Source of the DNA: an uncultured Chlamydiales bacterium | GTDB taxonomy: Bacteria; Chlamydiota; Chlamydiia; Chlamydiales; Rhabdochlamydiaceae | DNA: 64,000 bases | Direction: 5' to 3' | Assembly: GCA_963700985.1 (NCBI GenBank) | Contig: OY969554.1 | Coordinates: 1,344,001 to 1,408,000 of the forward strand | In this document: positions 10,441-20,215 of the stretch, piece by piece | Layout: every line of letters begins with the position of its first letter | Numbering within the stretch: the stretch's first letter is position 1 | The notes under the pieces: model-generated | What the model was told of the DNA's origin: nothing | Databases searched by the model: none | The model's input: only the letters and a program-made list of their open reading frames with translations | Translations under genes and position numbers: made by a program

Positions 10441-10464
10441 CTACGCTTAGTTTTTGATTACAAA

Positions 10465-10878
10465 TTACTTAGGCAAAAAGAGTAGTGCGGTTGAATTCAT
10501 GCAATAGCGCTTACCACTCGGAGGAGGTCCATCGTCAAAGACATGGCCGAGATGGCCATCACAACGCGCGCAAAGAACTTCCGTGCGTTTGCTGAAAAGC
10601 GCAAAATCGTCGTGATAAGTTACGTTTTCTGGGCAAATAGGCTGTGTAAAGCTAGGCCAACCCGTGCCTGAGTCATACTTCGCTTCAGAGCTAAAAAGAG
10701 GCAGGTCGCACCCTGCACACACATAGAGGCCTTTTTCTTTCCAGCTGGCAAACTTGTTACCAAAGGCAGGCTCAGTCCCTTTTTTGCGTAAAACTTTAAA
10801 CTGCTCGGGCAAAAGTCGTTCTTTCCACGCATTTTCGGATAAAAGGAGCTTCTTTCCGTCAAAACGATAGTCAGGCAT
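10465..10878 (-). CDS. msrB: Peptide-methionine (R)-S-oxide reductase
   Basis: GTEPAF, SGTGWPSF, HLGHVFDDGP, RYCMNS. Confidence 0.97.
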   Translation of the reverse strand: MPDYRFDGKKLLLSENAWKERLLPEQFKVLRKKGTEPAFGNKFASWKEKGLYVCAGCDLPLFSSEAKYDSGTGWPSFTQPICPENVTYHDDFALFSKRTEVLCARCDGHLGHVFDDGPPPSGKRYCMNSTALLFLPK

Positions 10879-10958
10879 CTATCCTCCACGAGCTATTAGC
10901 TCTAAGCAACAACGCTCTTTACTGTATATATATGAGGTCCTATAATTTTTTCTCTATG

Positions 10959-11120
10959 AACCTATCCGAATAAAGGCTCTGGATGAGATTTTGGAATGGT
11001 TTGAGGTGGATTTTGAAGCGCCGACTGAAGACAATATTGAGAATAATATGGCTGAAGAAGGGGCTTCAAAAGGCACCCAAAGCAGCCAAAAGGTCTCCAG
11101 AGAGCTTATTAGGATAGGTT
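10959..11120. repeat. About 162-bp imperfect palindromic element (RPE/MITE-like) directly upstream of hisS
   Basis: The 5' arm aacctatccgaataaaggctctgga...ttttgg...ttttgaagc pairs with the 3' arm gcttcaaaa...ccaaaa...tccagagagcttattaggataggtt. Confidence 0.8.
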
Positions 11121-11122
11121 AA

Positions 11123-12424
11123 ATGGATTATACAATTCCGAAAGGTCTCTATGACATTTTGCCAGAAGAGACTGACCCTGAAGCTGTTTGGCGCACCTCA
11201 GATAAGTGGCATTACGTCGAAAAAGTAATGCGCGAAACGGCACTTCTCTATGGCTTTAAAGAGATGCGCACGCCTATGTTTGAGCGCACTGAGCTCTTTG
11301 TGCGGGGTGTAGGCGAATCTTCCGATATCGTCTCAAAGGAAATGTATACTTTTCTCGATAAGGGCGAGCGCTCCATGACTTTGCGTCCTGAAGGGACTGC
11401 GGCAGTTTTGCGCGCCTTTGTTGAAAATAAACTCTCCGAGCTCCCTTCACTACATAAATTCTTCTACATTGGCCCGATGTTCCGTTATGAACGGCCGCAA
11501 GCAGGCAGATATCGCCAGCACTATCAATTTGGTGCGGAAGCTATCGGCATTTCAAAGCCTGAACAAGATGTAGAAATGATCGATTTTCTCTGCGAGATCT
11601 ACCGCAAGCTTGGCCTTAAAAACCTGCTGGTTATGATCAATAGCGTTGGAGATGAGCAATCAAGAGAAGAGTATCGAAAAAAACTCACCGAATATTTAAC
11701 TCCACATTTTGCCGAGCTTTCCGCTGATAGTCAGGTGCGCTTTACTAAAAACATCCTGCGCATTCTCGATTCGAAAGATCTCAAAGATCAGAAACTGCTA
11801 GAGGGCGCCCCATCTATTCTCGACATGTTGAGCCAAGAAAGCCGCGAACACTTTGAACAGGTGCAAGTGCTACTCAGAAAATTAGGCATTCCTTTTGTGG
11901 TAAACCACAAACTGGTGCGTGGCTTAGATTATTACAACAAAACTGTATTTGAAATTCTCTCTTCTGAATTGGGCGCGCATAACACGATCGGTGCCGGCGG
12001 AAGATATGACGGTCTCATCGCAGATCTCGGTGGGCCTAACCTTCCATCAGTCGGCTTTGCCACAGGTATTGAACGCATCCTTCAAACCATGACCCGTCAA
12101 ACCGCCCCTTTTCCTGCTCCTCCGCATCCTCTAGTATTTATCATCAGTTTGGGCCAGGCAGCTTATAATTACTGCTTTGAACTACTGACCTCTCTGCGCC
12201 ATGCAGGCATAGCAGCCGAAATAGACTTATCTGGGAAAAAGCTGCAACACGGGCTTCAGCTTGCAAACGCAACGCGCGCCAGATATGCTCTTGTGATCGG
12301 AGATAGTGAGCTTGCTGCACAAGAAGCCAGCCTGAAAGATATGGCTACACGTGAAAATAGCAGCATAAAGCTAAGCGAGCTGCGTAGCAGACTGATGGAG
12401 TTAAATCAGGTTGAAAATGTTTGA
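11123..12424 (+). CDS. hisS: Histidine--tRNA ligase
   Basis: LRPEGTA, FRYERPQAGRYRQHYQ, LVRGLDYY, GGRYDGL. Confidence 0.99.
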   Translation: MDYTIPKGLYDILPEETDPEAVWRTSDKWHYVEKVMRETALLYGFKEMRTPMFERTELFVRGVGESSDIVSKEMYTFLDKGERSMTLRPEGTAAVLRAFVENKLSELPSLHKFFYIGPMFRYERPQAGRYRQHYQFGAEAIGISKPEQDVEMIDFLCEIYRKLGLKNLLVMINSVGDEQSREEYRKKLTEYLTPHFAELSADSQVRFTKNILRILDSKDLKDQKLLEGAPSILDMLSQESREHFEQVQVLLRKLGIPFVVNHKLVRGLDYYNKTVFEILSSELGAHNTIGAGGRYDGLIADLGGPNLPSVGFATGIERILQTMTRQTAPFPAPPHPLVFIISLGQAAYNYCFELLTSLRHAGIAAEIDLSGKKLQHGLQLANATRARYALVIGDSELAAQEASLKDMATRENSSIKLSELRSRLMELNQVENV

Positions 12425-14201
12425 TTATCGCCGAACCCATACATGCGGAGAGCTCACCGAAGCGCAGAGCGGAAAAGAAGTTACCCTTTCTGGTTGGGTA
12501 AATCGTCGGCGCGATCATGGAAATCTCATTTTCATCGACTTGCGCGACCGATTCGGAATCACGCAGTTAGTCTTCGATCCAACCAAAGATCAAAATCTAC
12601 ATGAAAAAGCTTCCAAGCTTCGATCTGAGTGGGTGCTTTCGATTAAAGGGATCGTCTCTCCTCGTGCTACGAGCATGATCAATTCACGTCTTCACACGGG
12701 CATGATCGAAATTCTAGCCAAAGAGATGGAAATCCTCTCTTCGGCTAAAACTCCACCTTTTTCGATTTGTGATGAAGAGATCAACGTCAATGAAGAGCTG
12801 CGCCTCAAATATCGTTACCTAGATATTCGACGAGGCCATATCGCTAAAAACCTCGCTCTGCGCCATAAAGCCATGCTAGTCACGCGTAATTATCTAGATA
12901 AAAATGGCTTCATGGAAATCACCACGCCTATATTAGCAAAATCCACTCCGGAAGGCGCGCGCGACTATCTCGTGCCCTCGCGTATCTATCCTGGAAATTT
13001 CTTTGCTCTTCCTCAATCACCACAGATCTTTAAGCAGCTTTTCATGGTGTCTGGAATGGATCGCTATTTCCAAATCGCTCAATGTTTTCGCGATGAAGAT
13101 TTAAGAGCTGATCGGCAGCCTGAATTTACCCAGATCGACTTAGAGATGAGCTTCGGAAAGCCAGAAGATCTAATGCACCTTTTGGAAGGGTTAGTTAAAA
13201 GTCTCTTCAAAGAATGTGTCGGCATAGACGTCTCTTCTCCATTTCTTAAAATGTCTCATAAAGAATGCGTCGAGCGTTATGGCAGTGACAGACCAGATTT
13301 GCGGTTTGCTATGCCATTATTTAGATTAGATGATATTGCACAGCGCTCCTCTTTTGCAGTTTTCAAGCAGGTTCTTTCCGAAGGGGGCATCATCAAAGCT
13401 CTATGCGTTAAAGGCGGCGCGGAGATTTCGCGCAAAGAGATCGACGGTTACACTGACTTTGTCACGCCTTTGGGAGTAGGCGGGCTTGCCTGGTTGAAAA
13501 AGCAGCCCGAAGGTTTGACTTCAAATATTGCCAAATTTTTTAGCGACGAGCTCCTGAAAGAACTCGAAAAACGCGCTGATGCCGAAACAGGCGATCTTAT
13601 CTTCATTGTAGCAGGCCCCGAAGATAGAGCTAACGTCGCTCTCGATCACTTGAGGCGACGCATTGCAAAAGATCGCAATCTGATTAAGCCAGATGACTTA
13701 AAATTTTTGTGGGTGACCGAGTTCCCGCTCTTCCGTTGGGATGCAGATGAAAGAAAAATCGATAGCGAGCACAATCCATTTACCTCACCGCATTTCGATG
13801 ATTTGGAGCTTTTAGATAAGGAACCTCTCAAAGTGCGCTCACTCGCTTACGACTTAGTTTTAAATGGCTATGAAATCGGCGGAGGTGCTCAACGTATCCA
13901 CAATGGTGAACTGCAAGAAAAAATCTTCAAAATTTTGAGCCTGACTCCTGAAGAGATTCATGGCAAATTCGGCTTCTTCGTCGAAGCGCTTAAATATGGC
14001 ACGCCGCCTCATTTAGGGTTGGCATTCGGCCTAGACCGCATCGTGATGCTTCTGGCTAAAACTGACAATATCCGAGATGTGATCGCTTTTCCAAAGACAC
14101 AAAAAGCCAGTGACCTCATGATGCAATGTCCCTCTCAAGTAACCGAGAAACAATTAAAAGAGCTTAACATTCAAACTAAACCAGTGGAGATTACCTGGTA
14201 A
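12417..14201 (+). CDS. aspS: Aspartate--tRNA ligase
   Basis: RTHTCGEL, STPEGARDYLVP, FRDEDLRADRQPEF, GLDRIVM. ATG at 12417 (ORF track starts at 12411). Confidence 0.99.
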   Translation: MFDYRRTHTCGELTEAQSGKEVTLSGWVNRRRDHGNLIFIDLRDRFGITQLVFDPTKDQNLHEKASKLRSEWVLSIKGIVSPRATSMINSRLHTGMIEILAKEMEILSSAKTPPFSICDEEINVNEELRLKYRYLDIRRGHIAKNLALRHKAMLVTRNYLDKNGFMEITTPILAKSTPEGARDYLVPSRIYPGNFFALPQSPQIFKQLFMVSGMDRYFQIAQCFRDEDLRADRQPEFTQIDLEMSFGKPEDLMHLLEGLVKSLFKECVGIDVSSPFLKMSHKECVERYGSDRPDLRFAMPLFRLDDIAQRSSFAVFKQVLSEGGIIKALCVKGGAEISRKEIDGYTDFVTPLGVGGLAWLKKQPEGLTSNIAKFFSDELLKELEKRADAETGDLIFIVAGPEDRANVALDHLRRRIAKDRNLIKPDDLKFLWVTEFPLFRWDADERKIDSEHNPFTSPHFDDLELLDKEPLKVRSLAYDLVLNGYEIGGGAQRIHNGELQEKIFKILSLTPEEIHGKFGFFVEALKYGTPPHLGLAFGLDRIVMLLAKTDNIRDVIAFPKTQKASDLMMQCPSQVTEKQLKELNIQTKPVEITW

Positions 14202-15025
14202 TGAAAAATTTACACTTCGCACTATTTCTTTCCCCTTTACTCTGCTTTGCAGATGCAAACCCAGAGGTAGATCCTCTTGACGAGGAGTCCGTCCTAGCTC
14301 TTGAAGCTGCTATGGCTTCCGAAAAAAAAGCTGTAGTAACTGAAGAGAAATCTCAGGTAGACATCATAAAAATTTCTGAGGCTTTTGGCCATCTAATCGG
14401 CAAAAACATGGAAACTCTCGGCGTAAACTTTGACGTCGAACGCGTTGCCAAAGGAATTAAAGACTCTGCCGCTGGCAAAGAGTCTCCAATGTCAGAAGAA
14501 GAGTGCGTGCATGCACTCACGACTGTTCAGGAGCTTCTCTTCAAAAAGCAGTCTCAAGAAAACTTGAAAACTGCGGTTAATTTCCTCGATCAAAATGCTA
14601 AAGATAAAAGCGTGGTTGTCTTGCACGAAGGCAAGCTCCAATATAAAATTGAGAAAAATGGCATCGGTGCTGCGCTTGAAGCACATGCAGCTCCACTTAT
14701 TCGCTATGTAGGTAAATATCTAGACGGATCAGTATTTGGCGCTTCAAAAGAAGAAGAATCCCTCTCTCTTGATGAGACGATTGCGGGGATCCAAGAAGGC
14801 TTAATCGGCATGAAAGAGGGCGAAAAGCGCGTGCTATATATCCATCCAGATTTGGCCTATGGCACAAGCGGTCTTTTACCGCCTAACTCTCTGCTAACTT
14901 TCGAAGTTGAACTCGTGAAAGCCAATGCTGTTAACCCGGAAAATGCTCCATCTATTTCTCCTGTTAACGAGCTTGAGAACTTGCAAGAGATCGCAACCCC
15001 TGAAAAACGAGAAGCCATCCGCTAA
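14201..15025 (+). CDS. mip: Mip-like FKBP peptidyl-prolyl isomerase
   Basis: Signal peptide, SEAFGHLIG dimerisation helix, GEKRVLYIHPDLAYG...PPNSLLTFEVEL. Confidence 0.93.
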   Translation: MKNLHFALFLSPLLCFADANPEVDPLDEESVLALEAAMASEKKAVVTEEKSQVDIIKISEAFGHLIGKNMETLGVNFDVERVAKGIKDSAAGKESPMSEEECVHALTTVQELLFKKQSQENLKTAVNFLDQNAKDKSVVVLHEGKLQYKIEKNGIGAALEAHAAPLIRYVGKYLDGSVFGASKEEESLSLDETIAGIQEGLIGMKEGEKRVLYIHPDLAYGTSGLLPPNSLLTFEVELVKANAVNPENAPSISPVNELENLQEIATPEKREAIR

Positions 15026-15029
15026 CACT

Positions 15030-15476
15030 GTGGAGATTATTCTATTTCAGCCCCAGATCCCACAAAACACCGGCAATATTGTCCGAACATGCGCTGTCAC
15101 TGGCAGCGCACTCACTCTGGTGCGCCCGCTAGGATTTAGCACATCTGCACGCATGCTAAAGCGCGCTGGGTTGGATTATTGGGAAAATGTCACTGTAAAC
15201 CTCATCGATAATCTGGTCGATTATCTTGAGAACACCTCTAAAGCGTTCTACTTTTTTTCTAGCCACGCTAAGCAGCCTTATACCGAAGCCAGCTACTCTT
15301 CTGACGATTTATTAATTTTTGGCTCGGAAACCGCTGGTCTTCCCGCACTGTTTCGTGAGCGCTGGCCAGAGTGTTTTCGTACAATTCCCATGCGCAAAAA
15401 TAACCGTTGCCTCAATCTTTCTAATGCCGTCTCTGTCGTAATATACGAGGCATGGCGCCAACAACAATTTGTATAG
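15030..15476 (+). CDS. trmL: tRNA (cytidine/uridine-34 2'-O)-methyltransferase, SpoU family
   Basis: PQIPQNTGNI, RAGLDYW, FGSETAGLP, RCLNLSNAV. Likely GTG start at 15030. Confidence 0.95.
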   Translation: MEIILFQPQIPQNTGNIVRTCAVTGSALTLVRPLGFSTSARMLKRAGLDYWENVTVNLIDNLVDYLENTSKAFYFFSSHAKQPYTEASYSSDDLLIFGSETAGLPALFRERWPECFRTIPMRKNNRCLNLSNAVSVVIYEAWRQQQFV

Positions 15477-15488
15477 TCGGATAGATTC

Positions 15489-17621
15489 ATGACCTTCTCT
15501 CTTCCCCTTCAAATGCTCTTTGCCTCTCTACTTGGAATTGGAGTGGGTATTTTCTTTGGTGAGTCTTGTGAAGTCTTTGCCCGTTGGGGTAATGCCTACA
15601 TCATGCTCATGAAAATCACCATTCTCCCTTACTTAATTTGCGCCATCATTCATGGAGTGGGAAGATTTCAAGCAGCTCAAGCCAAAACAATTCTCAAAAA
15701 AGGGATTTTATTTATTGCGATCGCATGGGTAATTAACATCGCCATGATCTACTTAACAGTTTATGCGTTTCCTCAACCCAGTGGCGAGCAGCTCGGCAGT
15801 TTTATTAGTGAAAAGCCCCCTGCTATCGATCTAGCTAAAATGTTGATTCCCGAAAATATCTTCTTTGCTCTGAGCCACAATATTGTACCGGCCATCGTCA
15901 TCTTCTCGCTTCTCATCGGCATTGCGCTGATCAATCTCCCAGAAAAGCAAGCGATGATGGATTTTTTAGGCGTTTTTGTAGCCGCCCTCACGCGTATTAC
16001 CATATGGATTGCTAAGATCACACCCATAGGAACATTCCTCATCATTGCCTATCAGGTGGGCACAACCGATCTTGCCACCGTTAAACAGGTAGGAAGCTAT
16101 CTCTTTCTCTACCTGCTGACGTTAGGATTCATCATCTTTTGGATTTTCCCGAGACTGACTAGTTCACTGACCACGCTTAGCTCCTATGCATGGATTAAAG
16201 ACCTCTTTCCGATTCTATTACTGGCTTATACAGCGAACACCGTGATCGTCTGCCTGCCATATATTATTCAATTATTAGAAAGAGAAACGAGCTTTTCCAA
16301 AGAAGCTCAGAGCCAAAATCAGGGCATTGTTTCAATTGTTTTTAACTTGCCTTTTGCCTCTCTTTTTATGACTGTTTTTGTCTTTTTCACCGCAGTGCTT
16401 TATCGTTCGCCACTTTCTTTGCTCGGACAGTTAGAGCTCTTTTTGACCACCTTCCTCACCAGCTTAGGCGCCATCGGTATTGGCTCATGGCTGAATAGTT
16501 TAACTTTCTTGCTAGATACACTCGGGTTGCCGCTCGATGCGCTAGATCTTTATCTCGTTACAATGCCCTTTACATCTGGGGTGCAGTCGATGCTGGCTGC
16601 AGTTGAGATTGCCTCCATCTCGCTTCTGATCACCCTTTCCTGTCAAAATCGCCTGCAGTTTAACTGGTCTAAGATCTTCAAAAGCGCGTTTATCACAGCT
16701 CTACCTGTTCTGCTCGTCTTCGCTGCAATTAAAAGCTCGCATCTTCTGCCCAAATTGGAAACAGAAGGCCAGACAATCTGTGATATGGCGATGCGCGAAG
16801 ATGTGCAGGTGAGGTTTTCGGGCGAGCTGCAAGCTGCGCGTCATTCCAAGGAAGATCCATTTGACCGTATTTTACGCACCAAGGTGCTACGCGTTGGCTA
16901 CAATCCTTCAACCATCCCTTTTTGTTTTTTTAATTCGCAAGGAAATCCAGTTGGATATGACATGGCCTTTGCTTTCGAGCTCGCCCATGATCTCGGATGC
17001 ACACTCGAGCTTGTGCCTATGGATTACAGCGAAGTCGCTAAGGAAGCGAATGAAGATCTCTTTGATGTAGGCATGTCTTCAATCTCGATCACTGAAGAAA
17101 GGTTAAAAGAAGGCGCTTTCACAACACCTTACATGCATGCAAAACTTGTTTTTGTGATCAATGATCGCCACAGAAAAGAGTTTTCCTCACTTGAATCTAT
17201 CCAAAAGAATCCGCATGTCAGAATTGCTGTGCTCAAGAACACCTCTTTTGTTTCTCTGGCTGAACGCCTCTTTCCAGGGAAAAAAATTGTGCAACTTGAG
17301 ACCGAAGATATGTTCACCGACCAGTCTGCAGATGTGCTTTTTTGGGGCGAGCAGGAAGCTATCTCTTGGGTGATTCGCCACCCTCATTATACGGTAATTT
17401 TTCCCACACCCTCACTGGGAGTAGATTCTTTTGGTTACCTTGTGCGCGGCAATGCTCCGCGCCTGCTCAATTTTCTCAATCAGTGGTTGGAACTTAAAAA
17501 GAACGAAGGCTTTACACAGCTGCAGTATGATCGTTGGATTCTGGGCAAAAAAGAAAGACCAGCTGATGCAGAGCATCGCTGGTCTCTAATGCAAGATGTC
17601 CTTCACTGGAAAAAGGATTAG
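15489..17621 (+). CDS. Dicarboxylate/amino-acid:cation symporter fused to a C-terminal family-3 substrate-binding domain
   Basis: N-terminal multi-TM domain (IPENIFFAL, KITPIGTF) plus C-terminal LRVGY...PFCF...GYDMAFAFELAHDLG...ISITEER. Confidence 0.85.
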   Translation: MTFSLPLQMLFASLLGIGVGIFFGESCEVFARWGNAYIMLMKITILPYLICAIIHGVGRFQAAQAKTILKKGILFIAIAWVINIAMIYLTVYAFPQPSGEQLGSFISEKPPAIDLAKMLIPENIFFALSHNIVPAIVIFSLLIGIALINLPEKQAMMDFLGVFVAALTRITIWIAKITPIGTFLIIAYQVGTTDLATVKQVGSYLFLYLLTLGFIIFWIFPRLTSSLTTLSSYAWIKDLFPILLLAYTANTVIVCLPYIIQLLERETSFSKEAQSQNQGIVSIVFNLPFASLFMTVFVFFTAVLYRSPLSLLGQLELFLTTFLTSLGAIGIGSWLNSLTFLLDTLGLPLDALDLYLVTMPFTSGVQSMLAAVEIASISLLITLSCQNRLQFNWSKIFKSAFITALPVLLVFAAIKSSHLLPKLETEGQTICDMAMREDVQVRFSGELQAARHSKEDPFDRILRTKVLRVGYNPSTIPFCFFNSQGNPVGYDMAFAFELAHDLGCTLELVPMDYSEVAKEANEDLFDVGMSSISITEERLKEGAFTTPYMHAKLVFVINDRHRKEFSSLESIQKNPHVRIAVLKNTSFVSLAERLFPGKKIVQLETEDMFTDQSADVLFWGEQEAISWVIRHPHYTVIFPTPSLGVDSFGYLVRGNAPRLLNFLNQWLELKKNEGFTQLQYDRWILGKKERPADAEHRWSLMQDVLHWKKD

Positions 17622-17947
17622 GTTTTTCCGCCTGAGAGGATAAACTGTTTAATGGTTTCAGCATCTCTGACACCCACGATGCGACCCGCTTCTTTGCCAT
17701 TATTCAACAGAATCAATGTTGGAATGGAGGTGACCTGATAAGTAGAGGCAATCCGTTGCGCTGCATCCACATCGATTTTGGCAATCCGCGCCTGACCTTT
17801 AACTTCTTGCGCCACTTTTTCAAGCACTGGGGTGAGCATACGGCATGGGCCGCACCAGTCTGCGTAGAAATCCACCAGCACTAAACCAGATTGTACGTCT
17901 TTTTCAAAGGTAGCTTCTGTAATTTTCTCTATGCCTTCGCCTGCCAT
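17618..17947 (-). CDS. trxA: Thioredoxin
   Basis: VLVDFYADWCGPCR active site and SIPTL. Start 17947 (after ggagga) or 17959. Confidence 0.97.
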   Translation of the reverse strand: MAGEGIEKITEATFEKDVQSGLVLVDFYADWCGPCRMLTPVLEKVAQEVKGQARIAKIDVDAAQRIASTYQVTSIPTLILLNNGKEAGRIVGVRDAETIKQFILSGGKT

Positions 17948-18053
17948 GAGTTCCTCCATTATTTATTTACAATATAAGGGATAAATCCGTTTTTCTTCTA
18001 GAGACAAATACGCTCCAAATGGTATTTTTTGTTCCCTATCTCAGTGTATTTCT

Positions 18054-18137
18054 GCGGCCATGGCGGAATTGGTAGACGCGCTAGATTCAGGTTCTAGTCA
18101 GGGCAACCTGGTGGATGTTCGAGTCATCTTGGCCGCA
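18054..18137 (+). tRNA. tRNA-Leu (anticodon CAG)
   Basis: gcggcca/tggccgc acceptor stem, D-arm tggcggaattggtagacgcg, anticodon arm ctaga-ttCAGgt-tctag, long variable arm, gttcga T-loop; CCA is not encoded. Confidence 0.96.
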
Positions 18138-18203
18138 ATCCCCTCAAAGATCCAACATAAGCCTCCCATCCCTATATCTCCTCGAATATCTGAACAAAAA
18201 GTA

Positions 18204-18362
18204 AAAACAGGATCCGCTGCGCTAGCAGGATCGACGCTGACGTGTCGGCAGGATGCGCAAGATAGAAAGGAAAAATTATTTCTTATCTTATCCTGATTTA
18301 CCCTGCCGCCGCCTCTTGTTGCAATTTGGCGGCGATCCTGCTAGCGCAGCGGATCCTGTTTT
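18204..18362. repeat. Inverted-repeat element (30-bp perfect arms, about 100-bp spacer), MITE/REP-like
   Basis: aaaacaggatccgctgcgctagcaggatcg (18204-18233) and its exact reverse complement (18333-18362). Confidence 0.85.
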
Positions 18363-18469
18363 ACTTTTCTTTGAGAAGATCGGATGCGTGACTATGCCCG
18401 ACTTTCGGTGATTTTCCTTTAAGTGAGTTTGAGGTTTAATGAAAATTAACCCCAACACTCGGAATTTGC

Positions 18470-19099
18470 ATGACCCCGTTTTCGATTGCGCTGGTTGCAA
18501 ATGGAAAGATCTCAAAATCTAAATTACTTCTCGAAAAAATCAAGGCTTATCCCTACCTCATCGCCGTAGACGGCGGGCTCAATCACTGCCATAAACTTGG
18601 GCTTAAACCCAACCTGATTATCGGAGATTTAGACTCAGCCCAAAAGAAGATCTTGTCTTCATTCGAAGATGTCTTAAAGCAGGTTTTTCCCGTTGATAAG
18701 GACAAAACCGATCTAGAACTCGCTATTGAACATGCGCTTAAATTAGGCGCTAAGCGCTTAACTGTTTTTGCAGCTCTCGGCGGAAGGGTCGATCACACAC
18801 TCGTCAATATCCATCTCCTCTCTCGCTACCCTGGAAAACTTTTTTTTGAAACCGAAAATGAGCTGCTCTTTGTGATTGATAAAAGCGTCGAGCTAGCTTG
18901 CATGCCAGGACAGACTATCTCTCTTTTGCCCTTAAATGGCCCTGCCACAAGCGTGACTACCCAGGGTTTAAAATGGGAACTCTCGGAAGCCACACTCGAC
19001 AAGCACTTCATGGGAATTTCTAATATCGCCCTTCAAAACAAGGTGCGTATCCAAGTCGCTCATGGCAACCTTCTATGTATACTTCTTAGCACTCCTTGA
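18470..19099 (+). CDS. thiN: Thiamine pyrophosphokinase
   Basis: IAVDGG, IGDLDS, KDKTDLELA, GGRVDH, GLKWEL, GISN. Confidence 0.95.
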   Translation: MTPFSIALVANGKISKSKLLLEKIKAYPYLIAVDGGLNHCHKLGLKPNLIIGDLDSAQKKILSSFEDVLKQVFPVDKDKTDLELAIEHALKLGAKRLTVFAALGGRVDHTLVNIHLLSRYPGKLFFETENELLFVIDKSVELACMPGQTISLLPLNGPATSVTTQGLKWELSEATLDKHFMGISNIALQNKVRIQVAHGNLLCILLSTP

Positions 19100-19221
19100 A
19101 ATTAACTCAGCTTTAATTATATAATAAAATTTATAATAACAAATTTAAAGAAAATATATTAGTTTAGATTTATTATATTACCAGAGATAATATCGCCCGT
19201 TTATAACAAAAAGGATAATAA

Positions 19222-20175
19222 ATGAGTGCTGTTTCGAAAGCGATTTTAAGTAGATATACTTCGTTTTTTCCTTCTAAGTCAGAATGGGAAAGAGAAGCTG
19301 CAATCTATAGAGCAATTGAAGTGATCTGCAAGAAAATTGACCTCGTGGCAACTAGCCTATTTAAAGCCCGAGAGCTTCTCGAAAATCCGGCTAATTTGGT
19401 GATCTTTAAAAGCGTGACGCACTTGGATTTATCCAACTGTGGCCTCGAGCTTCTTCCTGATGAGCTGTTCAATTTAAGAGGCCTAAAAACCTTGAATCTC
19501 GCTCAGAACAAACTTGGAGATCTTTCTCCAGGAATTCGCGACCTCGCTGATTTAGAAGTGCTCCAATTAGAACGCAATCCTCTAGAATCATCCCAAATTC
19601 ACGAAATTGCGTGCATTTTGCTTGAACTTCCCAGCTTGAAACAGTTCTCTTCTGATTGCCAATCACTCATCGATATGTATCATGAGGAACGTATTCAAAG
19701 CCGAGCTATTTGTAGAGCTTGGGAGCAAATTCGACCAGAACTTGTTTCTTGCCGTGATCTTGTATACATAATCCGCAAAGTTCCTCAATTAGAATACCTC
19801 TTTAAGCTCGCCACTCCCCATTCTCGCGAGATAAGCAGAACACTTAATCTCTGTAAGCTGTACTTTCACCTTTCTTTTGATAGGATACGTAAACTTTCAC
19901 TTGAAAGATTGAATCTACAATTTTTCCCGCCTGCCCTTTGCTGCCTAAGAGAACTTCGAGAGCTAGATCTTTCACACAATCTTTTTGATAAAGTTCCTCG
20001 AGAAATAGAGGCTTTTGGAAAATTGGAGACTTTAAGCTTAGTGGATAACCCCCTTCCTACAAGACAACTTGGAAGTATCGAGAAAAAACTGAAAGCAGCC
20101 ATGCCAAGTTTAAAAGAGGTCTCTTTACCCACTGTAAGAGATCAAACTAGATCTTCGGCCTGCATCATCATGTAA
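19222..20175 (+). CDS. Leucine-rich repeat protein with C-terminal CaaX (CIIM), putative effector
   Basis: LxxLxLxxN repeats (VTHLDLSNCGL, LKTLNLAQNKL, LRELDLSHNLF); ends RDQTRSSACIIM*. Confidence 0.9.
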   Translation: MSAVSKAILSRYTSFFPSKSEWEREAAIYRAIEVICKKIDLVATSLFKARELLENPANLVIFKSVTHLDLSNCGLELLPDELFNLRGLKTLNLAQNKLGDLSPGIRDLADLEVLQLERNPLESSQIHEIACILLELPSLKQFSSDCQSLIDMYHEERIQSRAICRAWEQIRPELVSCRDLVYIIRKVPQLEYLFKLATPHSREISRTLNLCKLYFHLSFDRIRKLSLERLNLQFFPPALCCLRELRELDLSHNLFDKVPREIEAFGKLETLSLVDNPLPTRQLGSIEKKLKAAMPSLKEVSLPTVRDQTRSSACIIM

Positions 20176-20215
20176 GTGGAAATCCGGTTTAAATTTAACA
20201 ACTAATAGGCAACAA

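Noticed and set aside
10930-11122. Possible T-box or His attenuator upstream of hisS
   Set aside because: No T-box consensus (GGTGGNACCGCG-like), no His-rich leader peptide and no U-tract; it is better described as a palindromic element.
18060-18515. ORFs 18060..18296 and 18288..18515 sharing KTGSAALAGS
   Set aside because: The first overlaps the tRNA and the second overlaps thiN; the shared peptide is just the inverted repeat read on both strands.
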